Assembly: GCA_043228905.1 (NCBI GenBank)
Contig: JBHGNT010000305.1
Coordinates: forward strand, 1-36,776
Reading direction: 5' to 3'
Origin: Azolla caroliniana
Taxonomy: Eukaryota; Plantae; Polypodiophyta
Length of the DNA: 36,776 nt
Below the pieces are notes generated by a model. That model saw only the letters and a list, made by a program, of their open reading frames with translations. It made no database searches and was not told the DNA's origin. Positions 10,501-24,060 of this stretch are shown here, piece after piece. The position numbers and the translations under genes were made by a program. Every line of letters starts with the position of its first letter. Positions within the stretch are counted from its first letter, which is position 1.

Positions 10501-13156
10501 TTTTGTGAAGCTGAATACTAGTCTGCATCCTTACATTAGCCTTTACTGTTGGGTTATTCACATGAAGGATGGAGCAGCAGTGACTGGGCTGATGATTGCA
10601 GGGATATCTCTTACAACAGTTTCTATTACAGGAAATCCTATTTATGATCCAATTGGCTCAATATTTGTGGGCACCTTGCTGGGGGTGGTAAGAATGTCTG
10701 TTTTAACTTAGTACATTGAAATATTTTGCTGTTTCCTTTACACACAATACAAGGAAGCCTGGAAAATACGCACATTGCATATGGCTTTAGCTATCTTGGC
10801 CTTTAATCAGCATTGCAAGTACATATCATCGTGTAAGAAGAAAGTCGACCAAGGCCAACACTTCAAGAACTGTTTCTAGGACTGGTAAGAATGCATGTTT
10901 CTACTCTTGGTTCTATGAGAACCTGTGTTTTCTTCATAGAAAACATAAAAAGATGAGACTGGTAAATTTGCACATGTCTACATGCTCTTGCTATCCTTGG
11001 CCTTGACAAAACTCGTGATTATAAATCAGTGTAAGAAAGAAGGTTAAAGGTTAAAACACTTTTAAGAAAAGTGGATGTGAAAGGGACCTCCAGAAATAGC
11101 GGTAGCAGTGTTAACCTTGATTGATATAACCCCAAATATGGCTTACAGTGTTCGAATACTTTGGGATATGTATATTTGTGAACATCAATTTCATGGCAAT
11201 AATAATTTATTTGACTTTTTCCCAATACCGATTCTCTCTCTTTGCCGTAGGTTGCTGTGTTTTTGATTCAACGAAACCGACATGCTTTGTTAGGAAGAGC
11301 GATGGACCGACAAGATATGAAACGTGTGCTTGATTTTCTAGCATCTGATCCAGTAATCTCTACATTACTGGAGGACAATGTTGACAATGTTTCACATGCA
11401 CTTTTCTCAAAACCTTGTGCCACATTGATCTTGATTTCGTTTCTTTAGGTCGTGGATGCTGTCTATGATTGCAAAAGTGAAGTCATTGGACCGAGATCCT
11501 ATAGATTCAAAGCAGAAATAGGTAAACATGCATCTTTTTAGTATTCTTTGCTAATATCTCTTTAGCATATGACTGTTAATGATCTAAGGAGATGTAGAAA
11601 GTTCATTCGTGAAGGTGTGCAGATGGCATGGTTAGAGGCCATGCTGTTACTATGTAGAGGTCTTAGTGCAGACATTATCTGAGAAGTGGGGATACTCTTT
11701 CTAGGTGTGAATACAATCGCAAGTTTCCCTGCAGACAGCTCTCCACTCCTGTTAAGACTTGAAGAGTATAATGTTGCTAGGTCCTTCTCAAGCAAGTCTT
11801 CCAGGGATAGACTGTCATACTCTGGCGGATTAAACAATTATAGTCCTGGCAAGCGAGGAGTCTGTTTCCCATTCAATCAAGCCATGATCCTAGTCTTTTT
11901 TGATTGACAGGGTGACTTTCCAAATAAGGAGACTAATATGTCTTACCTGAAATAATGTGCACATTCTCATTTATGGTCAATTCTCTGTGATGCTTTAGTT
12001 TCCACTGAATTTCATCTTATCAATTTCAATGAATTCTCAAAAGGGTTGAACAAATATAAGATTCTCTTTGATCTTTTGGAAATACAGTATCGTTGAAAAA
12101 TGGAGCCTATTCAGAGAGTATATAGCTTTGTCTTTTACCCCTAGGTGGGTATTTGTACATATAGTGACCATCGAAACAACTTCAGTGTAATGCAATAGGT
12201 CATAACATTAGAAGTGACGTACCAATGGAGATCATCTGTTCATAATCATACAACTATGCAATAGTTGTCTTTACTACATGCAAAAAACCACCTAAGAGGT
12301 TAATATTAAATAATGAAATTTGAGAGAAACAAATTGGCTGAAGACAAACATTGCATGTCCCTTCGTATTGCTCTCTTCTTGTGTTAAATGTGTGATGTGA
12401 GATAGGCTTGAGAGTAGCACACTAGAGAGCAGCAAATGGGGCATCTAATCAAGAAAGTTATGTGTTGGTATCTGATTTTTCTCATTATTCAGGAATTGGT
12501 TGTTTACTGCCTATGGTGAAACGTAATTATACTCTTATCATATTTCTGGCTACTCTGGCTACTCCATTAATTAGAGGAAATGTAGAGTTTATGTCTAGTT
12601 TCTTTTATGCAAATTAAACTATAGGTCCTTGCATCGTTTCATAGCACTTGCTGTTTTAATATCTCAGTAACCGTTTGGTATTGACAGACTTCAATGGAGT
12701 TGTCATTGTTAAGAATTACCTGAAGCAGAATCATCGAGAGGCATGGGCCAATCAGGTTAGTTTATGGATTCTGGAGTACTGTGAATGCCATTCTATTCTG
12801 AAATAGTTTGGAGCTGATATCAAATTTATTATGATCTTTTATCTGGATGTTGTGGAATTCTGAAACAGTTCAAAGCAGCAGTAAATGATCCAGATGAACG
12901 TGCTTTGGATAATCTCATGTCTTTCTATGGTAGAATGTCTCTTGATTGCTCATATCATACTGCAGTAAGTACATTGCTGATGTGAACTCCTTGTAGTGGA
13001 TGTAAGTGGATATACATGTATTTTGCAGGGGAAGAAGTGGTTTCAGCTCTTGGTAGTGAGGTTGACAGATTGGAAAGAGAGATTCAGAGACTTGTTCCAG
13101 GAATTCGACATGTTGATATCGAAACTCACAATCCAAATGGTCCACTTTCTTCATGA
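7275..13156 (+). CDS. MTP7: Metal tolerance protein 7 / MTPc4 (cation diffusion facilitator, SLC30A9/ZnT9-like), 14 coding exons, ~493 aa
   Basis: Hand-spliced exons: 7275-7548, 7750-7857, 8643-8709, 9498-9630, 9811-9866, 10009-10123, 10214-10271, 10350-10468, 10568-10687, 11251-11352, 11449-11521, 12688-12755, 12869-12929, 13029-13156. All are GT-AG and phase-consistent, 1482 nt in total. The translation contains QRAVTVALWCN, AEAVHSLADLANQ (TM2 HxxxD), HPYGYSKERFVWSLISAVGIFCLGSGATIV, GHDPTAVAVLMEDGAAV, FLIQRNRHALLGRAMD, YDCKSEVIGP and GEEVVSALGSEVDRLEREI, all characteristic of plant MTP7. The N-terminus MRMLVTILRKSFSMSSRR resembles a mitochondrial presequence. The first three exons are less certain than the core. 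Confidence 0.93.
7559..7590. repeat. (CT)n microsatellite at the start of MTP7 intron 1
   Basis: About 16 CT units are directly visible. Confidence 0.9.
9135..9433. repeat. Intronic tandem duplication, ~158-bp period, 2 copies
   Basis: atgctctagattttcactgcaatgatatttcattta...gtgtccatattgctagaaatgtg starts at 9135 and again at 9293, with few mismatches. Confidence 0.9.
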
Positions 13157-14682
13157 TTTATCTGGTGATTTTAATGTTCATCCAGAAGTCATGGTCAAAT
13201 AAAAGAATACCACCCAAAAAAAGCAATTTGAGTGAAATAGCATATGATCAGACGTGATAACTTTGTACAAATATCCAATTCGAGAAATTAAAAACAAACT
13301 CTACTTGATCACACTGCTCTATGAATGCATGATGATTTCAATTTCATAGAAAATGTATTTGACAGAAAAGAGAAACAACCTAGGAATGTCATCAAAAGGT
13401 TACCTTGGTAAGGACAGATGGATATTAGATTCCAATGAAATAGAAAAGGTATTAGAAGATCTACAAACTAACTTCAAAGTAAAGTAAAACAAATGTAAAG
13501 TTGGCAAGTTTTACTACCAGAGAAAAAAACGAAATGACCTGAGTGAGACAAATGGAAATTGTTTGCTATGCTGTAACAATGTTCTGAAAATTTCGTAAGA
13601 TTTCTTTGTTTCATCTTTGCAACACTTAGATGTTTTCTGCTCTTTTGTTTGATTTGGACTATGCTGTGCCATGGCATAGAACTCTTACATATGGTCAAAA
13701 TATTTTTGGCAGCCATACAAGTAAATATTTATCGTATTCTAATTTCTAAAGGCAATTATATAAGTAAATGTTTGTGGTATGCATATAAGTGTGAAATTTG
13801 TGCCATCTCTTTCCAGAAGTATCTATATTAAATACTTTGCATGGCTTAGCTACGTATTTGAAACACTAATTTTTCATCAAATATATTTGTCACATTTTGA
13901 ATATACATCATGTGAGCATCCACATTATGTTAAACCCGCCTCAGTTTTAGGAATCTCATTATCGTTTTAATGGCCCCAGACATGATGTGACAAGTACCGA
14001 GGAACTTGCATGATGAAAAATGCACATTTGCAGTTAGTGAAGACAACAGGACCTAAAAACCAAAAATCAGCAAGGTTTCCTAATTTAGGGCAAAATCCCA
14101 GTGTTCTTAGGTTTGTGACTTGTTACCAGAGAATAACATTGTTGCAAATTACCTTTAATATCTTCTGACAAACTATCAACTGAACCTTGGCTTTCAAAAC
14201 AAACTGCTAGAACATTGCAAAATGTCACTCAAATCCCGTTCTTATTTCTGTAACTCTCAAACATAATTCTGAGACATCATATCATGGACACTGTACATTC
14301 TAACAGAGGAATACTACATTTGAAGATGCCTCTATTAACCCAGGGACTACATATCTATACAAAGTAGGGGCTTGGCACTAAGATTGAACCATTTTATGGC
14401 ATCTCTTTTAGCCAAGGGATATTGGAAACTTCTATATAATAGGGGCTCGGATTGAAGATATAATCAGTAACACGATTGGATTGAAGTTACAACACTTCCT
14501 GGCATTCCTGGCATTTATATAACCAACAAGATTTACTCTACTATGTGTGTATTCTTTGCGATCATGTATCATCTCCATAACAGAACATGGTAAAATTGTA
14601 GAGCTTTTTTACTTCAATATTATGAAGATGCCACATGCTTTGGAAGGCATTTAGGGGTCATTTCTCAGTATGTAGCATCCCA

Positions 14683-17600
14683 TTACTTCTGAGCCTTCAG
14701 CTTTAACCGATTGAAGAGCACAAGAAAATGTCTGTCTGGGACGGAGTATACAAAGCCAATCTCTGCTCCATTTAAATGACCAAGGCCCTGCAAAACCACA
14801 TTCACCTTTATGCATTTAACTAGAGTGTTATGAAGAAAGTGGCTAAAACAACGCTGTTATCTATTTAATGTTTACCTTCCCATCAAATAATAGGAGTTCT
14901 CCATCAACCCACTGCGGATTAATAAAACCAGGTTCTGCCAACATGCCCTGGCCTTTATACCTCGCAATCTACAAAGGCAATACATGAACCTCAAAACTTA
15001 TTCCCCTAAGAAAACAATGGACACGGTTAAAGTCGCTAGTCATTATTACCACTCCAAGCTCCTCTGGATAGATACCTTGATGTGACAGCTTACAGTCTTT
15101 CCCTATCTTTGCTCTGAAGGTAACCTAGAAAACAAAAAGCAACAATTTGGAACTAAAAACAAATCTAATCAAGGAATACTGAGGGATAAAACTAGAAAGT
15201 TCATACTTGACCAGCTGGTACATTCAAATCTCCAGTAAGCTTCACAGCTTCAACATATTCAAAAAACTCAAGTTTTTCTTTATAATTGCTTATATCTGAT
15301 TCTCTATGCCAGTGGCCAAATTTTCGCCGTAGCTGGACTATCTCTGATGTAAAAGGCCCAAAAGAACCAATATATAATCCTGTCAAAAAATGAAGGATCT
15401 CTAACTCTCTCATATAATCCTGCAAACAAAGGTGGTACCATGGGTCATGTTGGCCCCCTGTGGACGTTAATATATCATTATGAACATATGAAGCTATTAA
15501 TCTAGAGGTCAAGCAACTATAATGCGAACTTGTAGACCTAGGTTGAAATATTCAAACCGGTCGACAACTCTTTTCAACAATCTAAATTGTTCTCATTGCA
15601 CAGCAATCTTAAAATCATTTGACAAGTTGGAGAAACATACTAGGACGCCAAGAAAAGATTATCCTTCCACATTTTCCTAATAAGCTACTGTGAAACTTCT
15701 AGTGTCACGAACCTGATACTGTCCACACCAGGCTAGAGACAGTATATTCTTTTCCATAGGTCTGTCAAACTTTTCAGCATTCTCATATTTCCAAGTATAG
15801 TCATTCAACATTACTTCTATGCTACGCAGTTCAAGCATTTAAACCAGTCCACAATTCTTTTCAAGAGTCTAAATCGTTTAAATTACAGCAATCATATAGA
15901 TTTAGGTTCAAACTTTTAGACCAGCCAACTAGCACCATAAGCATGGAATCTCTCTTAGCTAATATAAGGGCAGAAATCATGCTTGAACTTATATTAGTTA
16001 CGACACATCTCAATTTACATCAAGCTGGTTTTTCTGAGTGAGCTTGCCCTAGAATGACCTGAAGACTTATGCCTTGTAATACTCTCAATGAAACACACTA
16101 TTACAAAGCCGATGAAAACGACCACAGAGATACTGCTAGATAATGCAGTTTCACAGTCTATATTCACACCAATTTCTATTACTGAGTAATTCTACACAAA
16201 AAAAGTTATTGAGAAAACAGTTTGATCAGACCTCGTTCTGCAGTAGGATATGGTTTCATTATTGGAACTTCCAAAGAGCTGTTGGGCCATTTCTTATTGA
16301 AAACTCCAAAATATAGTTCAAGCTGTGGAAAGACGGCAATATATAACTTTGCTAACATTATTTTTGCTTGTCAACTGAAATAATGTCATCAAATTGTATC
16401 CCCATGCTTACAAGGGATTATAATAGATTAATCAGCAATTATGTTATGTCATGCTATGCAGTCCTACCTCCTTCACGTTCATACTGGATCAACATACTTA
16501 GTTCTGTGATGCCATAATAAGCCAATCCAAGTACTTATTGAGTTCTTGCAGTATTGACCAAACCTCTAGTATGTCTATAATAATTTAGAAGAAAGAACCT
16601 GTACACAATCCTAGCACATGATTTTTTTTGCATGTAACATTAATATTTATTCATTGCATAAGAGAAATTAGGTTTAAGGTGTTATGAATTTAGGTCAACA
16701 ATACCTGACCCATAAATAAAACATATTCTACGAGGCATGATTACCTGTCAAAGGGTCTGCTTCAGAATCAAGAAACTTGATTCGCTCAAAAGATGTACAC
16801 TTTGAGAGGACATAGCGTTTCTGTACTTGGTTAACAGCCAGTTTGAGAAGCTCACTCATTTCCCTTGAAACCTGCATATCTTTATTAGTAACAATGGTCT
16901 GCATTAAGACAGTAACATAAATAAAAACATACAATCAAATATATAACAGACCATGCAGGTGGATGCTGCAGAGAGCACAATTATCTCACCAATTGTCTGA
17001 CTTTTAATCTAAACTTAACATAACAGCTGTTTCAAAAAAAACCTATTTTTATTGGCCTGAGCGGGAACCAACAATTTTGCTCTATCTAGAAACAGCCTAA
17101 TTTCTGCAGGGAAGAGTCAATTTTCAGCTCGGTCCCCCTATCTTGTTCTCGTGATTAGAACAGGGAATAGTTTTCCCTATTCCATATTTCCATCCTCATA
17201 AAGCACTCATTTTGTCTATGCAATCATTTTCAGAATAGTAATACCTTGACTGGAATTTTATCAAGATTTGAACTGGCTTCAGATGCATCTGGTTGAGAAT
17301 CTGATAATGACGGTGTCATAAGAGCGGCCACTTTCAATGAAGCCAATGACTCTCTGTCCTGCATCAGTGCTGCATATTCTTCAATGTGTAATAGAAAGGA
17401 ATCTTTACTTCGATATTCAATTCTTGCTGGAACCCTTGTAGAAACCTTAGGTAGTTTTCTAGCTGCAGCATTTTGAAGCATTCCACCAACTATTAATCTA
17501 ATGGGTGTCTCCTTTAATTCTTGGATGAATTCATCATCATTGCCAGCTTCATTGTTTGATTCTCGCTCAACTTCATCCAAAGGCTCTAAAGGTTCTATTT

Positions 17601-20438
17601 GACTCTTAGAACTTTTGTTCTCTTGAGTCCCAACTTGCTCCAAAAGTTTCTCAACAATCTTAGGGATATCCTCCCCGTTTGGAGTAGTCACCTTAAATAC
17701 CTTAAGTTTTACATCAGGTAATCGATCTTTGAGGAAATTAATGATGCTGTTTAATCCATCATCAGCTGGATCTTCACCCTTGTTTTTGTCATCTCTAAAA
17801 GCTTTTGTTAAGTCTTTAGCCATATCTCCTTTTCCATCTTCAGTCAAGACATTCACATTCATGACATTGGAATTGTCATTGATCTTCCCATCAACTGAAC
17901 TGGCTGACACTGGTGCGGACTCCTTAGCTATTCCTTGTTGCAAATATACTGCCTGTATGATTGATTGATCATAAAACCCATTTTAGACAACTAATCTTTT
18001 GGGATGAAATCAACAAATTAAACAATGCAATTTATATACCTGTTGATGGTACCCGTTAGAGTCTTTGCGTATGAATACTTCAAACAATGGATTGCCTGAT
18101 GCTGAATTCGCCAGCTGCCTGTCAACAGCAAAACCAGTAATTAAAATAACAAAATGAGCTGCAACAAAAATAAAACAAAAATATTCTCCAACCTTGCCGT
18201 GTATCCCTTAGCTATGAGCTTTCCATATGACGGGCTGATGTTAATGATCCGTCCATATGGATCACTTTCACCCTCAGATAATCCCACCCACCACCCTACC
18301 TGCATTGCACATTACAGTGGTGCATTAAATTTCTTGTTATATGTATCTTTATTTCAGATACACGAAGGTAAAAGGGAGTTCACGTCGATGTTTATCCAAA
18401 AAATTACCAATCCGGCTGCAGCTTTATCTCTCAGTCGTTGTGCTTCTTCATAGTGTTCAGTACTGAGAGCTTTCTGTAGAGGAGGTAGTAAAATTTGAGG
18501 GTTAGCAAGTGCAATACTGGAGAAAAGAGAGAAATATGAATATTCTGCAAAATAAGTACTAAACTTCCAGGGTCAGCCAATGGAAGTCTACAGAATAGGA
18601 AGAAATGATGTTCATATACCGTTAGTTCTGTGAAGGCTTCCGAAACTGGGTCCTTCACAGTTGCCTCATTCAGGATAGCTTTCAACCGTGCAGCCTCTTT
18701 GAAATCTTCTTCACAGACTGCACTCTCAAGTTCACACTGCACAAAAGAGGCTTCCTGGTGAGCCTTTAAGCATAACATCACCAGGAAATGCTGTTTTTCT
18801 TTTTATTTTTAGTTTATTATTAATTAATTATTTTACTTACTCCCGTGGATCTTTTGAAATTAGAAAAGAAAACATTGTATGGTTCCTAGACAGGAGAAGC
18901 CGAGGTTGATTGGAAATCAGTGAGTCTGATCAACATTGGGTTCCAATGTGTGTCAATTAAAAGTGGTGGATTAGATATTATTTTTGGAGAGTTGACACTT
19001 CGCAGCAGCAGCAAGAATTGGCTCGTATAAACAAACCCTTTTTGACATAGAAACCATAACGATATTGCTCTTTGCATGTCTCATAACTAAAAGTCCTCTG
19101 CTACATGCGGATGATAAATAGGCTTAAATTGCTGGCTGAGTCTATTTTACTATATTGTTTCCTATTAATTATCACTAAGAAATACAAAAAGAGGTGCTGG
19201 TCTTCGGAACCAGCAAGGTGTCAAATTTGTACTTCAGGAGCAATTTAGCTTCTAAGCTGTAAAATTAAATTTTAAGGAATCCATAAACTTCAGGAAGTTT
19301 TATTTTTTTATCTAAGATTTCCAGGGGAAAACGTTTGCCAAGTGATGGATGGATTGTCGTTTTGCCATTCAGTGGAAATCATAAAGATCATCATGTGAGC
19401 TTTTATACACATCAGAAAGCAGAACGATCTTCATGTAAGCTTTAATACATAAAAGGAGATTAGTGTTTAGAAGGAAATTCCCTTCCAAGTGCGCCTTGGT
19501 TTATAAATGAATTGCGCAGAAGGAGCTCCTTTTTCAGCAGGCAAGGAAAACTCGTTGTGAGATTTTGTTTATAACCCATCGAAAAACTCATTCCCGAGGA
19601 GAGTTTATGGGTAACGTATCAAGCAAAAAGGGATTCTTAGAAAAAAGAATTGCATCTAGGCAACCAATGCATTGAGAAAAAAGAGCTTCTTTTAAAGAAA
19701 GAAAAAATCTTCCCGTCATATTTATGCATAACCAATCAAACTTCATTTTCAGACGGAAAAAAGTTTTCCTGATGAGATTTTATGCACAATCCATCACTAG
19801 AAAGATATTTTGTTTTCAGAAGGCAGCATATTGATAACAAGCGGTTCACGTACCTTAACAATAGATAATGCCTTCTCTTGTTCTTCAAGTGCAGTAAAAT
19901 ACTTTTGCCATCTCTCCCAACTCCATTTCTCCTTTTCATCTTCCAGATCCAACTCCATCTCTACATGTTCTTCTACTTCAGATGCTTCTTTCTGCTCCAA
20001 ATTCTCTTTTCTTGATCCATCGAAGTATGCTTGCAACCTCTTATTTGCGATGCTAAGCATCTCACGCAAAGGGTCACCTATCCGTGAAGCAACTTTTTGC
20101 AGTGATTCAATGTCCCATATAGATATAGGAGATGACGACTGATCATTTGAATTATTGCTTCCTGTAGCACAACAAATGAAGGGAGGAACTCCGTTTCTTT
20201 GAGTGATCTCTGGAAACCTGCAAACCCTTATTCTGACAGAGCTCTGTTTTAAATGGGAATTGAATGCAGCCGGAGTGGAATAGGAGTAAGAAGACGATGC
20301 TGATGATGGATTTAGAGCTCGAATAGCCTTTAGACGGAGCTGGCAATCATGACGAGAAGTATCTACCATGAAGGGCGGGCTATATGGAAAAGAAGAAGAA
20401 GAAGAAGAAGAAGAAGAAGACATGGTGGGATTAGCCAT
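14683..20438 (-). CDS. EXECUTER-family chloroplast protein (UVR repeats + DUF3506 singlet-oxygen sensor domain), EX2-like C-terminus, 11 exons, ~744 aa
   Basis: Exons (-): 20438-19854, 18736-18620, 18473-18408, 18299-18193, 18118-18040, 17952-17245, 16871-16745, 15379-15207, 15124-15050, 14968-14876, 14787-14683. All are GT-AG and in frame, 2235 nt in total. Motifs: Ser-rich transit peptide, [105 protein letters not shown] and [12 protein letters not shown]1 versus EX2 orthology needs a phylogeny. Confidence 0.95.
20389..20420 (-). repeat. (TCT)n coding microsatellite giving poly-Ser in the EXECUTER transit peptide
   Basis: About 10 GAA units on the + strand, translated as [12 protein letters not shown] on the - strand. 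Confidence 0.9.
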
Positions 20439-22561
20439 ACAATGCAAACCCTAAAAGCCTTCGGTGATAGTGTCTGTGGATTTATATTGTCAGAAACTCA
20501 GAGAGGGAATGTTTGGTCCGATAGAAGAACCATTGTGTTTGTGTCACGTGTGTGTATCTCTCATCGCTACAGCCTACTATCATTTCTGCACCTACAGAAT
20601 CGATACCTCTCTATCTTTCTTTTATCTACTCTCTCTGTTCATTTTGTCCTTTCATATATGTACATATGTACATAGTAACATATGTATGTATGTACCATAT
20701 GTATTGTCTCTTACATACTTACCATCGTTATCATCATTGCCTTGCCTTGCCTTGCCTTGTGCCTGTCTTGTCTTGACTTTCTTTTTTAGCCTTTGTCACT
20801 TCCTTCACTCTCTCTCTCTCACTCATGGCTCCATGGACCATGGCCATCAAAGGGCCAATAATGCATCGCAAGTTGCTCCTCCCAACCAACCTCCATTGCC
20901 TTTTGGCAGCCATTGTTAGTTTGCCTAGTGACCCCACGGCACCACAGGACATAATCATAGTCTCCTTGCTATATGAATCCTATCGCCCCATCCTATTCCT
21001 TTAGCCAATTGTATATTGGTAGCTTGGCTACATTTATTCACTGTTTCCAGTTTTGTGTCCTTTGGTTGATAGTTTTATCAAACCATATGGTTGGATTAAT
21101 GACATGTGACATTCTTTTTTCTTGAACACTACTAAAATAATATCTACTTTATGGATGACTACTCGTCCCATAGATTATCCACAAAGAGTGTAGATATTTA
21201 GTTTGTGGATGGCTTCTATTCTTTGTCTCGAGTGTGTCATCCCTTGTAATATGTTAGTGCCACTTTGAGGATGTTTGAAGTTTATTCAATTATGTGCTTC
21301 CTTTCAAGCTATGTTTATCATCAGGCCTATTGTTTGTCAACACTAAATTTTGTAATCTGATGCCCACTTCTTTACATAAAATCAAAATCTTTTACATTCA
21401 ACATAGCTTTTAGGCCTGGTACGTTAGAGAACAAAGTTAAGATTGTAAAGCATAATTTAACTACTGATTCTTTATATTTATACTCAACCTATATATGTGA
21501 TTTCCAAACAATTTGTGATCGTAAACTCCAACATACTAAAATCCATTCAAGATTTTTCTCGTTTAAGACTACGACAAGAGATGCTTTACTTCTTACCTTA
21601 CCTTTGTCATTCAAACAAGATTCTCTCCACTAACCATGCTCTATTAACTAGTAGGTAAATGAGCAACTATCCTCTTCTTCACTTGTCTACGAGGCAATGA
21701 ATTTACCAAATAGTGACTTTCCACACAAATTTGTGTAAAAACCGTTGTGAAACTCAAAATGGGTGATGGAAACCATTACGGGCATAGTTTCTATTTGAGC
21801 CTTGTGATACAAAAGCAAATCCATTGAACGTAGAACACACAATATATTATGAACATAGAAATGCCTATAGAAATTCTAGTTTAGAACTGTAGGACAGAAA
21901 AGCAGGTTGGTCATAACTACACATAATGCGAGCATTGATAAATTGTTTCTTGATAGAACGACAACGTTTAAAGTTTGTTCTTCTGATATGGCACTACTGC
22001 TTTCTGGTGATGTGCAAGGCAATACAATTTTTCACAAGTAACTTTTGTGAGACATGCTAGGCATACTGCAGTTTATCACATCAACAGTTATCTAGCTGAA
22101 AAAAAATACCGTTTCTGACCCTGCATAAATCTGATTAGTTGGTTAAACACTTGAATTAATCAAGCTTATAAGATACACCATATATAGGAAGGAAACAAGA
22201 CAAGGACATGAAATTAAGTTTTTGTATAATTTAAATGACATTTGGCGCATAAAATGTAAACTGTCTTCTCTCCTTGTCTGCCCATCAACAAAATTTTGCT
22301 TTGGTGCACAAAATCTCCAGCAAAGAAAATGATCAAATTGGGGATACCAGTTGAATATCTCATTCCTATAGAATATAACTACTGAATAAGGATATGCCTA
22401 CAAATGATCAAGTTTCTCTCAAAGTAAATGGTCCTCGGTATGTACTACAAGGGACTGATATCAACATTCCCAAAAAGAATTGTTTTTCCATAACTCCTCC
22501 AACCATACCCCACATGCAATCCAATAACAAACTTTACATGGATCATTAGCAACAAGCAAAG

Positions 22562-24060
22562 TCATAAGCTGTGACTTGGCTCAGGGGGCAATCGTGACTT
22601 AACTTGATTAGCGAGATGTGGCAACGTCTTCATTTGTTCCTTAACCACCCCCTCCATACACTTCTCAAGCTCTCTGGTAGAGACATCTGATTGCCTAACT
22701 AGCCTTTCAGCTTCGAACCTGTCTTGGCAAACCATCAAGCTACGACTTAATCTTTCCTGCAATAAGTTTCGGAAAGCAAGAGTTTTAAGAGCTTATTATT
22801 ATGAACCTCTTCATTAGTTGGAATGAGAATTATCAAAAGTTAACGCAGGATGTGACAAGAGTAAAGTATGATTTTATGAAAACGGTATTGAATAAGCATA
22901 GAAAATTCCATAATTCTCAACATTGTCATCCCAGCTCCTCTCCAAGTCTCTAGCTAAGCATCACACTCATTGTCTCCTTTCATATTCGTTTTCCTGTATC
23001 TGATCCACTCTCTGCGATTTTCTTTATTTCTTTGTTACAAAAGGACTATATATCATCCGTTGTCTCCTCTGAAAGGCAACATGGGCCATTCTCTATGACT
23101 TTCCTTATTTCTTATCTTTGCCATACAAAGTCTCCTAGCTCTATATCATTTATAGTCTCCTTTAAATTTTGAAAGGTCTATTGTCTATGAGTTTTTCTTC
23201 TTTTTCTTTCTTTGACATGCAAGACCTCCTATCTCTATATCATCTATTGTCTCTTTCGAAATTCGAGATGATCTATTCTCTACGACTTTGATGCTTTTAT
23301 TCTTAGCCATGCAAGGTCCTCTAGCTCAATATAATTCACTACCTCCTTGAAATTCGAAATGGTCCATTCTCTAGCTCAATATAATTCACTACCTCCTTGA
23401 AATTCGGAATGGTCCATTCTCTAGGACTTTCATTGTTTATCATGCAAGGTCTTCTAACTCTATGTCTTATCTTCGCAAATGACTATAAAAATTCTCTCAC
23501 TGGAGAACTAACCTGGAACCTTGACATTTCGTTTTGCACAGTAGAGTTGGCTTTCACCACAGGCGCGCTGCATCGTTCAACACAGTGACTGATCTGTTCC
23601 TGACTTCGGCTCCTATCGAAACACTCATATGCGCACTTGAAATACGCTCTCTGTAAAGAATGGAAGAAAAACAGTAAAGAAATTTTACATATGTCGACAT
23701 AGAGAGAAAAATAAAGAAGAAAAGAAAACAGAAATAAAACGGCAGAAGAAACACAAAAAAAACAAAAATATGTAGAGAGAGAGAGAGAGAGATGGGAATG
23801 GACGTGGAGATGGAGATGGAGATGGAGCAGAAAGTTAAGAAAACCTCCTTGGAAGATGCACGTACGTCTGTGAGAGTGAGGGAGACACTGACTAAAGGAA
23901 GAAATAACGAAAGCAAGAAAAAAAAAACAGCATAGGCACGCATAGTGAGAGAGACCTGGAGTGTGAAATTCACATAGTTCTGTACATCCTTGAACGCCTC
24001 GTCTGCGGCCGACTGGAGGTCCTTCTGGAGATCAGAGACAAATGGTGGCACGTCCGCCAT
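22562..24060 (-). CDS. FAM136A-like / DUF842 small helical protein with twin CX3C motif, 3 exons, 145 aa
   Basis: Exons (-): 24060-23956, 23650-23513, 22756-22562, all phase 0 and GT-AG. Protein: MADVPPFV...VQNYVNFTLQ|RAYFKCAYECFDRSRSQEQISHCVERCSAPVVKANSTVQNEMSRFQ|ERLSRSLMVCQDRFE...LPHL. The segments VNFTLQxAYFKCAYECFD and FQERLxRSLMVCQD are typical of plant DUF842 proteins. Confidence 0.92.
23035..23490. repeat. Degenerate ~90-bp minisatellite in FAM136A intron 2 with a nested recent 50-bp duplication (23319-23423)
   Basis: Recurrent catgcaag.tc.cct..ctctatat.at....tctcc.ttgaaatt.ga..tg.tc.attctcta units. The 50-bp copies start at 23319 and 23369. Confidence 0.75.
23691..23700. promoter_or_regulatory. 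ZDRE-matching palindrome ATGTCGACAT in FAM136A intron 1
   Basis: Exact match to RTGTCGACAY, the F-bZIP (bZIP19/23) zinc-deficiency response element. Confidence 0.4.

Noticed and set aside
20349-20958. Overlapping ORFs upstream of EXECUTER
   Set aside because: They derive from low-complexity promoter sequence (TATG, TTGCC and CT repeats) and have no recognisable domain or splice support.
23554-23955. Hydrophobic TM-like continuation of the 168-aa ORF
   Set aside because: It is a translation of the CT-rich intron 1 of the FAM136A gene.
7275-24060. MTP7 + EXECUTER + FAM136A as a functional organelle-stress gene cluster
   Set aside because: These are unrelated families in mixed orientation. 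Adjacency alone is not evidence in a plant genome without conserved synteny or co-expression.
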